The notes below the pieces were generated by a model. It saw only the letters and a list, made by a program, of their open reading frames with translations, did no database searches and had not been told where the DNA came from. The translations under genes and the position numbers were made by a program. Shown piece after piece: positions 13,849-25,377 of a stretch of 64,000 nt of DNA (positions are counted from its first letter, which is position 1; each line of letters begins with the position of its first letter). The DNA is from Selaginella moellendorffii (lineage: Eukaryota; Plantae; Lycopodiophyta): positions 231,673 to 295,672 of the forward strand of contig NW_003314262.1 in assembly GCF_000143415.4 (NCBI RefSeq), in the 5' to 3' direction.

Positions 13849-13958
13849 GTATATGTATATGTATGTATGTGTATATATGTGTATATGTATATGTATATGT
13901 ATGTGTATATATGTGTATATATGTGTATATGTATATGTATATGTGTATGTGTGTGTGT
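13790..13958. repeat. Compound microsatellite (TA)n/(TATATG)n/(TG)n
   Basis: Directly visible. Confidence 0.95.
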
Positions 13959-14289
13959 GATGTCTAAGTGTACAACTACGGTATTGTATACTAATATTAG
14001 CATAGTGGGATGTCAGATTAATTTCAATCCAGATCAATATACACATTTCTTGTATTCTCTTTCTATATTCCATGCACTCACATTACTAAAAATGAAGGAC
14101 ACCTGAGGTTTCTCCCCTTTATCTCATACTTTCTAATATTTTTTCCATTCTTCTCACTTTTATACCACTTCATTCCTTTGTTTCTACCTCTACTTCCATC
14201 ATTTTTGTCTCCCCCTAAGTTTATGTCTTATTCCTCTTTTTCCTTTTCTAATCTCTCTGATGGTCTTTATGTTGTAAAGGTTGATCAAC

Positions 14290-14907
14290 TCATAAAGGAG
14301 TATGTTGATTTCTTTGAATTTGACCTATCATTTGGGGTCAAGATTGCAACACGTCATCTTATTCCAACTGGGGATGCTTGTCCAATCAAGGTTCCTATTT
14401 ATTGTCAGTCACCCAAAAAAATCAAGATTTTACATGCAAATATTAAAAAGATGTTGGAAAACGGAGTTATTTAGAAGTTGTGGAGTCCTTGGGTGTGTGA
14501 ACCTCATCTTGTGATGAAGCTTGATGGGAGTATTTGTTTCTACATCGACTACCATTTATTAAATGAGATGATGATCCTAGATGTATACTTTCTTCCTCAC
14601 ACTGCTAATCTCTTGGATCCTTTGGGAGAAGTTGTTGGTTCACTAAGTTAGATTTTGTTTTTGGGTATTTGCAAGTACCGATAGCTGAAGAAGATATTCC
14701 TAAAACTGTTTTTCATACACCATTTGGTTTGTACGAATTCTTGGTGATACTATTTAGTTTGAACAATGCTCTAGCAAATTTTTAATGGATAATGGATGAA
14801 GTTTTTTGTGATATGTTGGAGGTGTGACTTCATTGATGATGTTTTAATCCACTCAAAAGGGACTTGGGAGGAACACATCTGTGATGTTCATACAGTGTTG
14901 GATCAGC
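14290..14907 (+). pseudogene. Old, decayed Ty3/gypsy reverse transcriptase fragment
   Basis: HLIPTGDACPIK..Y, MLENGVI, SPW, KLDGSICFYIDY..LN, IAEEDIPKTVFHTPFGLYEF and FIDDVLIHS, with stops and frameshifts. Confidence 0.85.
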
Positions 14908-15132
14908 TATTGTGAATGTGACTTCGGGTATCGAAAGTTACCTGTTGGCTGTCCTTTTGAATATTCTTTCCTTACTGCTACAACGGTAAGAGGTTGGTAT
15001 TGTTGGTCCCTTTTTCAATCTCCACCTTAGCTAGTTGAGAAACTAGTCTTTGCATGTGCACTTGACCAAATGAATATAAAGATAGAATTCCTAAATGCTA
15101 TTAGTCAAGCATACTTGACTTAGTTAGAGAAA

Positions 15133-16931
15133 TGTAAGCGACTAATTTTTCCATTCTACTTTAGTCACTTAACCACACCTCCAACCACTTGGAGGAGTCT
15201 CATTCACAACCTCCATAAGTCCCATTCAGGACTTGGGGCTTGCTAGCCCCGAGAATGGCATCCATGCCACTCAACCTTTGCACTTGGTCCAAGTGCTCCA
15301 CGTGTCCGATCCCATGACCGACACCCAAAGGTACCACTGACATCTCGGCCCGTTACGCTAAGGCCATGCCCATTCACCTTTGCTGCGCAAATGGTCCAAT
15401 ACCACTTGCATCACCATCCCGTCTCTCCAAGACTGGGCCATCTGTCTACGAGGGGTCATCCTGGATCCACTCCTTAGCATCCTTAGGATGCCCACAGACC
15501 TGGGGAATCGCCTTCCCCAAAGTCCCTTTGTCAGTTCCTACCAAGTCCCTTTCTGCCCCTGGCCGTGTTTGCCAACACTACCACTGGATCGAGGCCCACA
15601 GGCCCGACCACTAAGTCCCACAGTCCTCTGGGACTTCCTCACCACACGACTGTGTCCTTGGTCACTACCCCAAAGGACTGCTCCTCTTCCTTTCCACAGT
15701 CTGGGCCTTTGGGACGACATTTCGGAACACCGTGGCCTTACGCGAGCCACCTGGGTACTCTCCCCACCTATCGCCTTTAGGTGCTCTAGCCATGGGCTTA
15801 GAGCGAGGTTCCGTTGAGCCACGCCTGGTATCCAAGTAGGTAGTGCCACCCACACTTGGACTGGGAGCATCGGCAAGTCGATCTCCCGGGGGAACTAGAG
15901 CCGGCTCTTAAACACTTCACCAAGCTACCCCACTTGTCGGTCCGTATTCACTCTAGTCTTGGACTTCCCAGTGGTCAGTTCATCACCCAACACTGGGTCT
16001 GGCCTTCCTGGGCCAAACTGGCCTTTCCTGGCCAAACTGGCTCCACTGCAGTCCTCCCCCTTACTATACTTTTGGAGCTCACCAAACCCCCCAGGGTCTG
16101 GGAGACGAACGCTTTGGGCTTTCACCCTCTCAGGCTCCGGACTCGGACTCGGACTCGGACTCGGACTCGGATTCGGATTTGGACTCGGACTCGGGCTCGG
16201 GCTCGGTCTCGGCCTCGGCCTCGGTCTCGGTCTCGGTCCCGATCTCGGTCTCGGTCTCGGTCTCGGTCCCGGTCTCGGTCTCGACTTCGGACTCCATCTC
16301 GGACTCCATCTCGGACTCCATCTCGGACTCCATCTCGGGTCCATCTCGGGTCCATCTCGGACTCCATCTCGGACTCCATCTCGGACTCCATCTCGTGTCC
16401 ATCTCGGACTCCATCTCGGACTCCATTTCGGGTCCATCTCGGACTCCATCTCGGACTCCATTTCGGGTCCATCTCGGGTCCATCTCGGACTCCATCTCGG
16501 ACTCCATCTCGGACTCCATCTCGGGTCCATCTCGGACTCCATCTCGGACTCCATCTCGGACTCCATCTCGGGTCCATCTCGGGTCCATCTCGGACTCCAT
16601 CTCGGACTCCATTTCGGGTCCATCTCGGGTCCATCTCGGACTCCACTTCGGACTCCAACTCGGGTCCACCTCGGACTCCACTTCGGACTCCATCTCGGAC
16701 ACTCCCACGTGTCATGTGTTGGTCCTTTTGGGTCCCTTTTTGGAGCCTCGCCTTTTGCTCGCTTCGTGCTCGTTCCTCGAGCACTTCGTTGGGAGTTCCA
16801 CTCCCGCTCTTGACTTTTCAAGTCGGAGCTTTTGGTCCAAACGTGTTACGCTCGTTTGGCTCTCGCTTCGGCCACTACCATGTGGCGCCCTTCCGGCTCC
16901 ACTTTGGGGCCTAGGGATTTTGTGTCTCACA
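15133..16931 (-). repeat. 3' LTR of A1, containing (GAGTCC)n, (GAGACC)n and (GAGATGGAGTCC)n arrays at ~16136-16699
   Basis: Near-identical to 20983-22787; preceded on the minus strand by the PPT. Confidence 0.92.
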
Positions 16932-16946
16932 ACTCCACCACCCATA
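16932..16946 (-). promoter_or_regulatory. Polypurine tract of A1 (TATGGGTGGTGGAGT)
   Basis: Abuts the 3' LTR; the same sequence occurs at 50698-50712 and in family B. Confidence 0.8.
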
Positions 16947-19900
16947 GACGAAGTTCGATGTCCTCATCGAACGGTAAACCCTTTCATAAAGTAACACCCA
17001 CACGTGTTACCATTTCCATCCTTGGCACCTAGCCAATCTTTGTCTATGGTTTGACATCAAAGGCTCACCATGCCTTGTCCATCCTTTAAGGAGTGTAGTC
17101 TCTCCAACTTAGAGACTGATTGGACCACATGTAATGGTTCTCCCCTTTTATTGGTTTAGTTCTCGCTAAACCTCTTAGAGACCCTTCTCTAAGTCAATCC
17201 CACTACTCCTTCTCGAGTAGTCTCAATTTCCATCTATTGAATGTTTGCACCTTGGAACTTTTACTCTTTTGACTTTTTGGGAGTCAATTTCCTAGGTGTC
17301 TCCAACACCTTGCATTGCACAGATTGTGCAACTCCACTTCCCTATCCTAGGAAGTTCATTACTTGAGGGCACCATCATCCTCTCTTCTATTTCGTGCCAC
17401 CTTGGGCACTAAGTTCCATTTATCATACTTTGTGCTAAGGCTGTCCATGGCCCTATCATTTGGCTACCTTACCGCTCCCTCACTTGGAGTCTTTACTTCG
17501 CCAAATTGGAGCACTTAGGAATCCGTCCTTGAAAGTCCGCTTCCTTTCCCACAAGCTGTTAGCATCGAACACATTAGTGTTCCTTGGCTAACTTTGCCAT
17601 TTGGATCCCTTCCATTAAATTCCATGGCCCAAACTTTGGCCACTAGTCCTTTGCTCCTATCCTTGATTGTTGCACCCAGCAACATCGGATCGCTACCTCC
17701 ATTTTTGAGGTATCCTTTCGGTTCCATAGCAAAGACTCTTCTTTGCCAAGTCCGGAGGATGTTCACCCCTAGTATGTCTCTTTAGCATATTCTGCTATGG
17801 GCTCTATCCATGGCCCAACTTCGTGACCCTCCCATGGGTCTTTTATAGAGACTATTTTCCTCGGACTCACTATGCCATCGGACGGACATAGTTTATTTCC
17901 CTTAGGTGCTCTTCCCACTTGGTCATCGCGACCAAGCCACACCATCTTAAACAGTTCAATTTCAACATTTTGAACCAGGAACTTCATTCCTTAGCCAACC
18001 AAGGACCTTGTCCTTATCTGGCCATAAGATCACCTAGTGATCTCACCTTGGCACCTTAACAGAGTTGCCAAGAGGTACTTGGTCTTCTAGACCTCCAAGT
18101 TGTTGACTATAACCCCGGGGGCATCCCCCACACTTGGCGGTGCACCCAAGCTAGCCCTTACGGCCAAGGGTTCATAGCAACTGAGATTAGGTGTCCCCAT
18201 CTCACTCACCACGACCTTGGTGCCACTTGCACCAAAGCGTTCAAGTTAGATATGCCGAGCTTTCACACTAAGCAATCTAACCGTGCATCACGACTCCGAG
18301 GCATCCCTCGCTTGGCGGTGTGCCCAAACCAGTCTCCCCACTGAGAGTCCATGACCACCGATATATGAGTGTCCTCATATTCCAAACCATCACCACGCCC
18401 TAGCGATTTGGGACTCGAACCCAAGCACTAGAGGGTCGGGACTCGAACCCAACCTCCGTATATGCATCTACGGACGGCATCACACTAGATGCCTGGCGTG
18501 ACTCCCCACGCCGGTGCACCAACTTATTTTTAAAGCGCGCTATAGATCACAGCTTAGGAACCTGGTTCCTCCACACTGCCAAGTCCTCTCACTTGACATG
18601 TCTGTGATCATGCATGGACTCCTCCATGCTCGGCCCCATGGCCCACCCTTTTTGAAGTTATCAAATTCAACTAGGGTATTTGTTCCCCTGACGTGCCAAT
18701 CTCACTTGGCAAGTCCTCCGACCATTGTAACATGGTTCCTGCATAAGCGTGAAAGTCCTTGACCATCGACTTTCGTTCAAAGCCCTCTCTTTGAACACTT
18801 GGGAACTACTTCCCTAACCTTGATAACCTTGCCTCATGGCAAGCTTCAAGACCACGCTTCTGCTGCGCCACTCTGATTTCGCGCGTTCCATGAACCATTT
18901 ACACTTGGCCTTTCTAGGTACTACGCTACCTAGAATCGTCTTTGGGAACTTTGAAGGAACTCTGTCCCTCAGCTTGCTAAGGCCTCCCCTTTCGCAAGCT
19001 TTATAGTTGCCATATAGTCTAACATGGACAATTCCATATTTTAGACTCTCCATGGTATCACGGTTGCTAGCAACAACATCCTCGAGCACCCTCTTGATTC
19101 TCCACTCCCAACTTTCATAACCACTGTTGGATATGCCCTTTGATTTCTATGGTTCAGTTCCATCCCAACACTACTTGCCTTTGGCTTCACACCTTTCCTT
19201 CGGTCATTCTCCTCCAGACCAGGAGGATAGCTTTGCACTTTCTATCATGCCTTAGCAAGTATTCTTAGGGATGAACCTACTCAATAGCCCAGGGAGTGGT
19301 TCCTCAATCCGGGTATGCTCAGCTTATAATCCCACACACTGGGGTTACATTGTTGCTTATGGGCCTTTACATGCCCATCACTAGCCTTGCCAAAATTCCA
19401 TTTTTGGCTTTGTCCAACTTGGGTAGACAGTCCTCTCCTGTCTCCGCAACCTTGGACATTTGGATAACACCTTCTATCCATCATTCGCTAAGGACTTAGT
19501 CCCTTGAGCTTTATCCATTGCTCTTGCGATATCAAACACCACCTTCTGGTGTTCTAGAGTGTTCGGGTGTCCCAATGATGGCTTTCTTGACAATGAGTAT
19601 TTCCTTTTATGACATTGACTTACTATATCGCAACATAAGAAACTTATCCCCCGTAAGGGTATATCCGACTTCCCTATACTAGAAGTCTTGGGTAGCTACC
19701 TTCTACCCGTTTAATCAGTTATTTTGCACCTCTTGCTTAGTTGCCTCATAGTTGTCAAGTCCTACAACTCATTGCTTGGTGCTTTCACACCTCCATCACT
19801 ATCTGGGTCACCACACTCCAACTGCATGCTCTGCAGCTTAAGCTATGCCATTCCCATTTCCATTGGGATTCCTTTGGCAAGGGGTTCTCATGAACCCACC

Positions 19901-20967
19901 AACATAGCCTCAAGGTATCACACCTTGGCACATTTGGTGTCTCCACACCATCGGCTCCACGAGCCTACCTCTATGACATTTCCCTTTGTGTCTAAGTCTT
20001 TGCCAAGACCAACACCGCTCTTTCTCATGCCAACCATCTGTTAGCACTGCCCCATAGAGGTCACACACAACTTTATGTCAAAGTTGTTTTCTTCTGGGAA
20101 CACCTTTCCCATAACTTTAGCATGGCACATTTTGCCATCGATGAGATACTCTCTGTTCTCATCCTTGGATCCTATGATCCCCCCCCATCCTTTGTGGGGT
20201 ACAACGCACCTCAGTCCAAATGCTTCATTCAGTCCTTTTTAGGACTCTACTTGAGTCGTCTAGCAGTTTTGGACTTGGTTAATCCACCGACCCGTAAGGT
20301 TCTACTTGTGAGGCACTAGCTCACTGGAATACACATCTTGCATTCCGGTCCTACTCAAAAGGACTATTTTCACAAGTGTTACTCCGACACTTGATTTTGT
20401 TCTCTGGGGGCAACCTTTGCCCCTTAGGACTACTTGTCCATGTGATGAGAACACCAACTCATCCACTTAATACACCCCCAACTCCTGGGGTTGTTCCAGC
20501 ATTTATTAGAGGTAGCCCCGGCTACCTTTTCAAGGACTTGAGTCCTATTCCGTATTTGACCTTCCACGGTCATTACCTTTGGTCTCACATTCATGAGCAC
20601 CAACCTCAACTATATGAGGATAATCTTGTGACTCCTTTATTGTTTTGGAGTCTCTATCTTTCCCGTGATCCCAACTTTAGTTGTTTACCACAACAACCTT
20701 CGCCAATTTGCTGAGACAAATGCTCATCTGGATCACATCCTCAACTCAATGAGGAAAACCTTGCACTGTTCCCAAGATCCCAAAGTCGTTCCATTATTGG
20801 CCCTTTTCTATCCACCACCTCGTCTACAAGTTCACACATGAACTGTAATGGAGAGCCATGTCTTCCAGACTTGCTACTCCTCAAGGATAGGCCCACTCCT
20901 CGGACCTTCCGATGCCAACACTAGTGGTGATATACTTGAGCACCAATAAAAGTCAGACTAAGGAACA

Positions 20968-20979
20968 GCTCTGATACCA
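20968..20979 (-). promoter_or_regulatory. Primer-binding site for initiator tRNA-Met (TGGTATCAGAGC)
   Basis: 3 nt from the end of the 5' LTR; canonical tRNAiMet PBS. Confidence 0.9.
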
Positions 20980-20982
20980 AAT

Positions 20983-22787
20983 TGTAAGCGACTAATTTTT
21001 CCATTCTACTTTAGTCACTTAACCACACCTCCGACCACTTGGAGGAGTCTCATTCACAACCTCCATAAGTCCCATTCAGGACTTGGGGCTTGCTAGCCCC
21101 GAGAATGGCATCCATGCCACTCAACCTTTGCACTTGGTCCAAGTGCTCCACGTGTCCGATCCCAAGGTACCACTGACATCTCGGCCCGTTACGCTAAGGC
21201 CATGCCCATTCACCTTTGCTGCGCAAATGGTCCAATACCACTTGCATCACCATCCCGTCTCTCCAAGACTGGGCCATCTGTCTACGAGGGGTCATCCTGG
21301 ATCCACTCCTTAGCATCCTTAGGATGCCCACAGACCTGGGGAATCGCCTTCCCCAAAGTCCCTTTGTCAGTTCCTACCAAGTCCCTTTCTGCCCCTGGCC
21401 GTGTTTGCCAACACTACCACTGGATCGAGGCCCACAGGCCCGACCACTAAGTCCCACGGTCCTCTGGGACTTCCTCACCACACGACTGTGTCCTTGGTCA
21501 CTACCCCAGAGGACTGCTCCTCTTCCTTTCCACAGTCTGGGCCTTTGGGACGACATTTCGGAACACCGTGGCCTTACGCGAGCCACCTGGGTACTCTCCC
21601 CACCTATCGCCTTTAGGTGCTCTAGCCATGGGCTTAAAGCGAGGTTCCATTGAGCCATGCCTGGTATCCAAGTAGGTAGTGCCACCCACACTTGGACTGG
21701 GAGCATCGGCCAGTCGATCTCCCGGGGGAACTAGAGCCGGCTCTTGAACACTTCACCAAGCTACCCCACTTGTCGGTCCGTATTCACTCTAGTCTTGGAC
21801 TTCCCAGTGGTCAGTTCATCACCCAACACTGGGTCTGGCCTTCCTGGGCCAAACTGGCCTTTCCTGGCCAAACTGGCTCCACTGCAGTCCTCCCCCTTAC
21901 TATACTTTTGGAGCTCACCAAACCCCCCAGGGTCTGGGAGACGAACGCTTTGGGCTTTCACCCTCTCAGGCTCCGGACTCGGACTCGGACTCGGACTCGG
22001 ACTCGGACTCGGATTCGGATTCGGACTCGGACTCGGGCTCGGGCTCGGTCTCGGTCTCGGCCTCGGTCTCGGTCTCGGTCCCGATCTCGGTCTCGGTCTC
22101 GGTCTCGGTCCCGGTCTCGGTCTCGACTTCGGACTCCATCTCGGACTCCATCTCGGACTCCATCTCGGACTCCATCTCGGACTCCATCTCGGGTCCATCT
22201 CGGGTCCATCTCGGCAGCCAACTGTCTGTCCATCTCGGACTCCATCTCGGACTCCATCTCGGACTCCATCTCGGACTCCATCTCGGACTCCATCTCGGAC
22301 TCCATCTCGGACTCCATTTCGGGTCCATCTCGAGTCCATCTCGGACTCCATCTCAGACTCCATCTCAGACTCCATCTCGGGTCCATCTCGGACTCCATCT
22401 CGGACTCCATCTCGGACTCCATCTCGGGTCCATCTCGGGTCCATCTCGGACTCCATCTCGGACTCCATTTCGGGTCCATCTCGGGTCCATCTCGGACTCC
22501 ACTTCGGACTCCAACTCGGGTCCACCTCGGACTCCACTTCGGACTCCATCTCGGACACTCCCACGTGTCATGTGTTGGTCCTTTTGGGTCCCGTTTTGGA
22601 GCCTCGCCTTTTGCTCGTTTCGTGCTCGTTCCTCGAGCACTTCGTTGGGAGTTCCACTCCCGCTCTTGACTTTTCAAGTCGGAGCTTTTGGTCCAAACGT
22701 GTTACGCTCGTTTGGCTCTCGCTTCGGCCACTACCATGTGGCGCCCTTCCGGCTCCACTTTGGGGCCTAGGGATTTTGTGTCTCACA
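20983..22787 (-). repeat. 5' LTR of A1
   Basis: TG..CA ends, followed on the minus strand by the PBS. Confidence 0.92.
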
Positions 22788-23897
22788 AGAAACTCATTCG
22801 TTGACTTGCACTTGCTAGTGTTGAGAACCCTTGCGATATTGAGCTTGGTCCCTCAATATCCGCAAGATGATAGCTTACCGTGTCTACCAAACACCCTCAC
22901 TATCATGCCTTTTGTGTTAGTACCATTCGGTTCCAATTGCTATCATTTAATACCACATAAGCTCCCTAGGATTATCAATAGATTTTAAATTCCTTTTTCA
23001 CATCAAGTCATCCACTTTATACTCCACAGGTGGACAATGATGGGAGTTGTAGTACCGTTGTTGTCCCACTTGTATGCAGCCTAATTGTTTAGCAAACTCT
23101 ACCTAAACAAGTGGAAGAATGCTTATCAAATATTGATCCCACGACCTAGCATCGGCAGCTCATAGCAATCACGAAAGTAAACCTAGCTCCATTGGTAATA
23201 TTGGATCATGACCATATATTATAAAAAATATCTAGATTTGCTCATTTGACATATTTACAGAATATAAAGATTGTCTTGAACACAATGGTGTTCGTCCCAT
23301 GTCCAAATTTGCAATCTAAAGATATTCCATATTTAGTAAGTTTCAAGCTTGTCCCAGAGACTAACTCCTGGTACTAAGGGAGGCTTGGGGTGAAAACCCA
23401 AAGGGTGTGTTCCTGGGGGAGGGGGTTCCAAATGTATAGTAGGGATAGTGGGTAGGTTGGGCATGGCCAACTAACCTGAGGCATAGTTTAGCTCCCACTT
23501 ATATGCCTATCATTGTTCTATATACAGTTCCCAAGTTCCATACCATACTAGTTAGTGGAATACCCATATCCTTGTGTTAGGCCACCGGTATATTGAAATA
23601 GTTCCAAACTCCGTTTGGCTCTGTTTTACATGTGGGATATTGGATGCTCTAGGATTGTTCCAAGTCACTCTACGCTCCTGTCCCTTTGCTCCTTGGGATG
23701 TACACTCGGGAGTCATTTCGTGCTTCAGTGCCAACGCTCTTTAGCTCCATGCTTGGGAGTTTGGCATCGTTCTTTAGTTTAGTGGCCCAAGGCTTTGAAA
23801 CTTGGGTTCCACTCTGCTGTCCTTTGGACACATGGCATATGGCATATGGCATATGACATGTGGCACATGGAGGGTTTATGTTCCGCTTCGCATTTCC

Positions 23898-25377
23898 TTT
23901 GATACCAAATGTAGCACATATGGCTTTTACCCTTTATCCTATAGTGATTTAACATAGAATAACTAGCACGGGTTCAATTCCGTGGCTACTTAAAAATATA
24001 ATATACCTTTGAGCAAGGTATATTTCTACCCCTAAATTTGAAAATCGTATATATTGGGCATCCATGCGTACGTCTTTCCTTTTGTGGAGCATCTTAGACG
24101 AAGGTATCCACCGTGGGACTATGGTACGGGTGGATGACTAGTTGCTTCACATAAAATAGTTAATCTATATAATGGAAGGATTGGTAGATTAAATGTGGAA
24201 ATGGAAGTGTTAGTTCCCTTTGGCTCAGTAGGGGTTGCTAGTCAATAGTCAATAAAAACATTGACATCTCTGAAGGGGAGGTGAATGTAGCACATGTGAT
24301 CATGGGATGAGATTTAGATATACTATCACCGTGGATCCTTGGAACCTTAGGGGATAAATGGGGATAAAATAGCCACTAAAGGCTCTCTCATTAAGTAATT
24401 GCCGCTTTTCCAATTTGCTTAAGGGGAGAAAGATAAAGTGTGGATAAAGTAATTGAGTTGGATAGAGTCTGGAGTTGGTGTAAAAAAATGGTTGTTGCAC
24501 TTTTCTAAAAGGGGTGACCTCTTGTGCCTTTCTTTTATAACATTGTGCTTGGTGGCAGGTTGCACCTTGCATTTCGTTAGATTCTATGAGAATAGTGAGC
24601 TCTCATTGATCCTGGCTTAGTCTTGGTAGTCTTGTGCTTTGGTTGAGGATAGTGATGTTTAGCTTGATTATTTAAGGTTGACATGTTAGTACTCGTACTA
24701 TAGCTTTGTCTATGAGGAGGTTGTGTACCAATATGAGTCCATCTCATGGTCTTCACTTTAGTTTTGACTGAGTGTTGATCATGCATAGCTAGCCTCTTCA
24801 AGGTATGCTCAGAGTTATTGGCTATATGCATTAATGAGCTTATAGCGATTGAGTTGAATTCGAGTGGTCATTTAGTTCATGCTTGTCCATGAACTTTTAT
24901 CTCGTACTTGAGGTATTACATTCATGTTGGATAAATATATGACTCGATAACATGAGTTTAGTGTTTGGGTCTTGTGAAGGCAAGTTAAAAAGTGATTTTT
25001 GGTTGCTTTGCAACTAGTAATTGCTTGTAAACTTCATTAAGGACTGTTGACACTTGCTTCACTTAATGATGATTTAGCAGTGATAAATTTACTTTACTGG
25101 ATGGTGTTGTGGAGGATCATGTCGTTAATCTTGCATGGTTTTTCATGTTGGCATGTTGACTCTACCTTTGTCGATATCATTTGGTTACGTTTAGTCTGTG
25201 GTGTTAGATTTCATTGAGTCTTGGATGTGGTGATTCACTTCTTGATGATATGTTATATATAGCCGAATATTGTTGAAGAATTGGTCTCAGATACTACGTA
25301 TAATATTTTTAACTTTGGTTAGTTTAGTTGCTAGAGAGCTTTGAGTGGTGATTCATTCTTGCTTTTTTTTAGCTTTG
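23898..25377. mobile_element. Rearranged remnants of a fourth LTR family (D) with TGTAGCACA termini
   Basis: A minus-strand LTR end at 23910 is followed by PBS-like TGGTATCAAAG. A plus-strand PPT (GAAGGGGAGGTGAA) is followed by TGTAGCACA at 24286. Confidence 0.5.

Larger units (their letters stand above)
15133..22787 (-). mobile_element. Element A1: complete non-autonomous (LARD-like) LTR retrotransposon
   Basis: TG..CA LTRs at 15133-16931 and 20983-22787, perfect 5-bp TSD AGAAA, PBS and PPT present, and a ~4 kb interior with no recognisable gag/pol. Confidence 0.92.
14908..23897 (+). mobile_element. Family C-like LTR fragment (14908-15132 plus 22788-~23897) split by element A1
   Basis: Both halves are reverse-complement homologues of the family C LTR (~36360-37144), e.g. 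gaatgtgacttcgggtatcgaaag. They join across the AGAAA TSD. Confidence 0.7.

Noticed and set aside
13779-14106. Ile/Tyr/His-rich ORFs
   Set aside because: Translations of the microsatellite.
16136-16699. CRISPR-like array
   Set aside because: Contiguous tandem units without unique spacers, inside eukaryotic LTRs.
15856-16994. Long RS/ES/LG-repeat ORFs in all LTR arrays (also 21692-22988, 42904-43949, 44926-45889, 50730-51624)
   Set aside because: Stop-free 6/12-mer repeats open several frames on both strands; these are not SR-protein genes.
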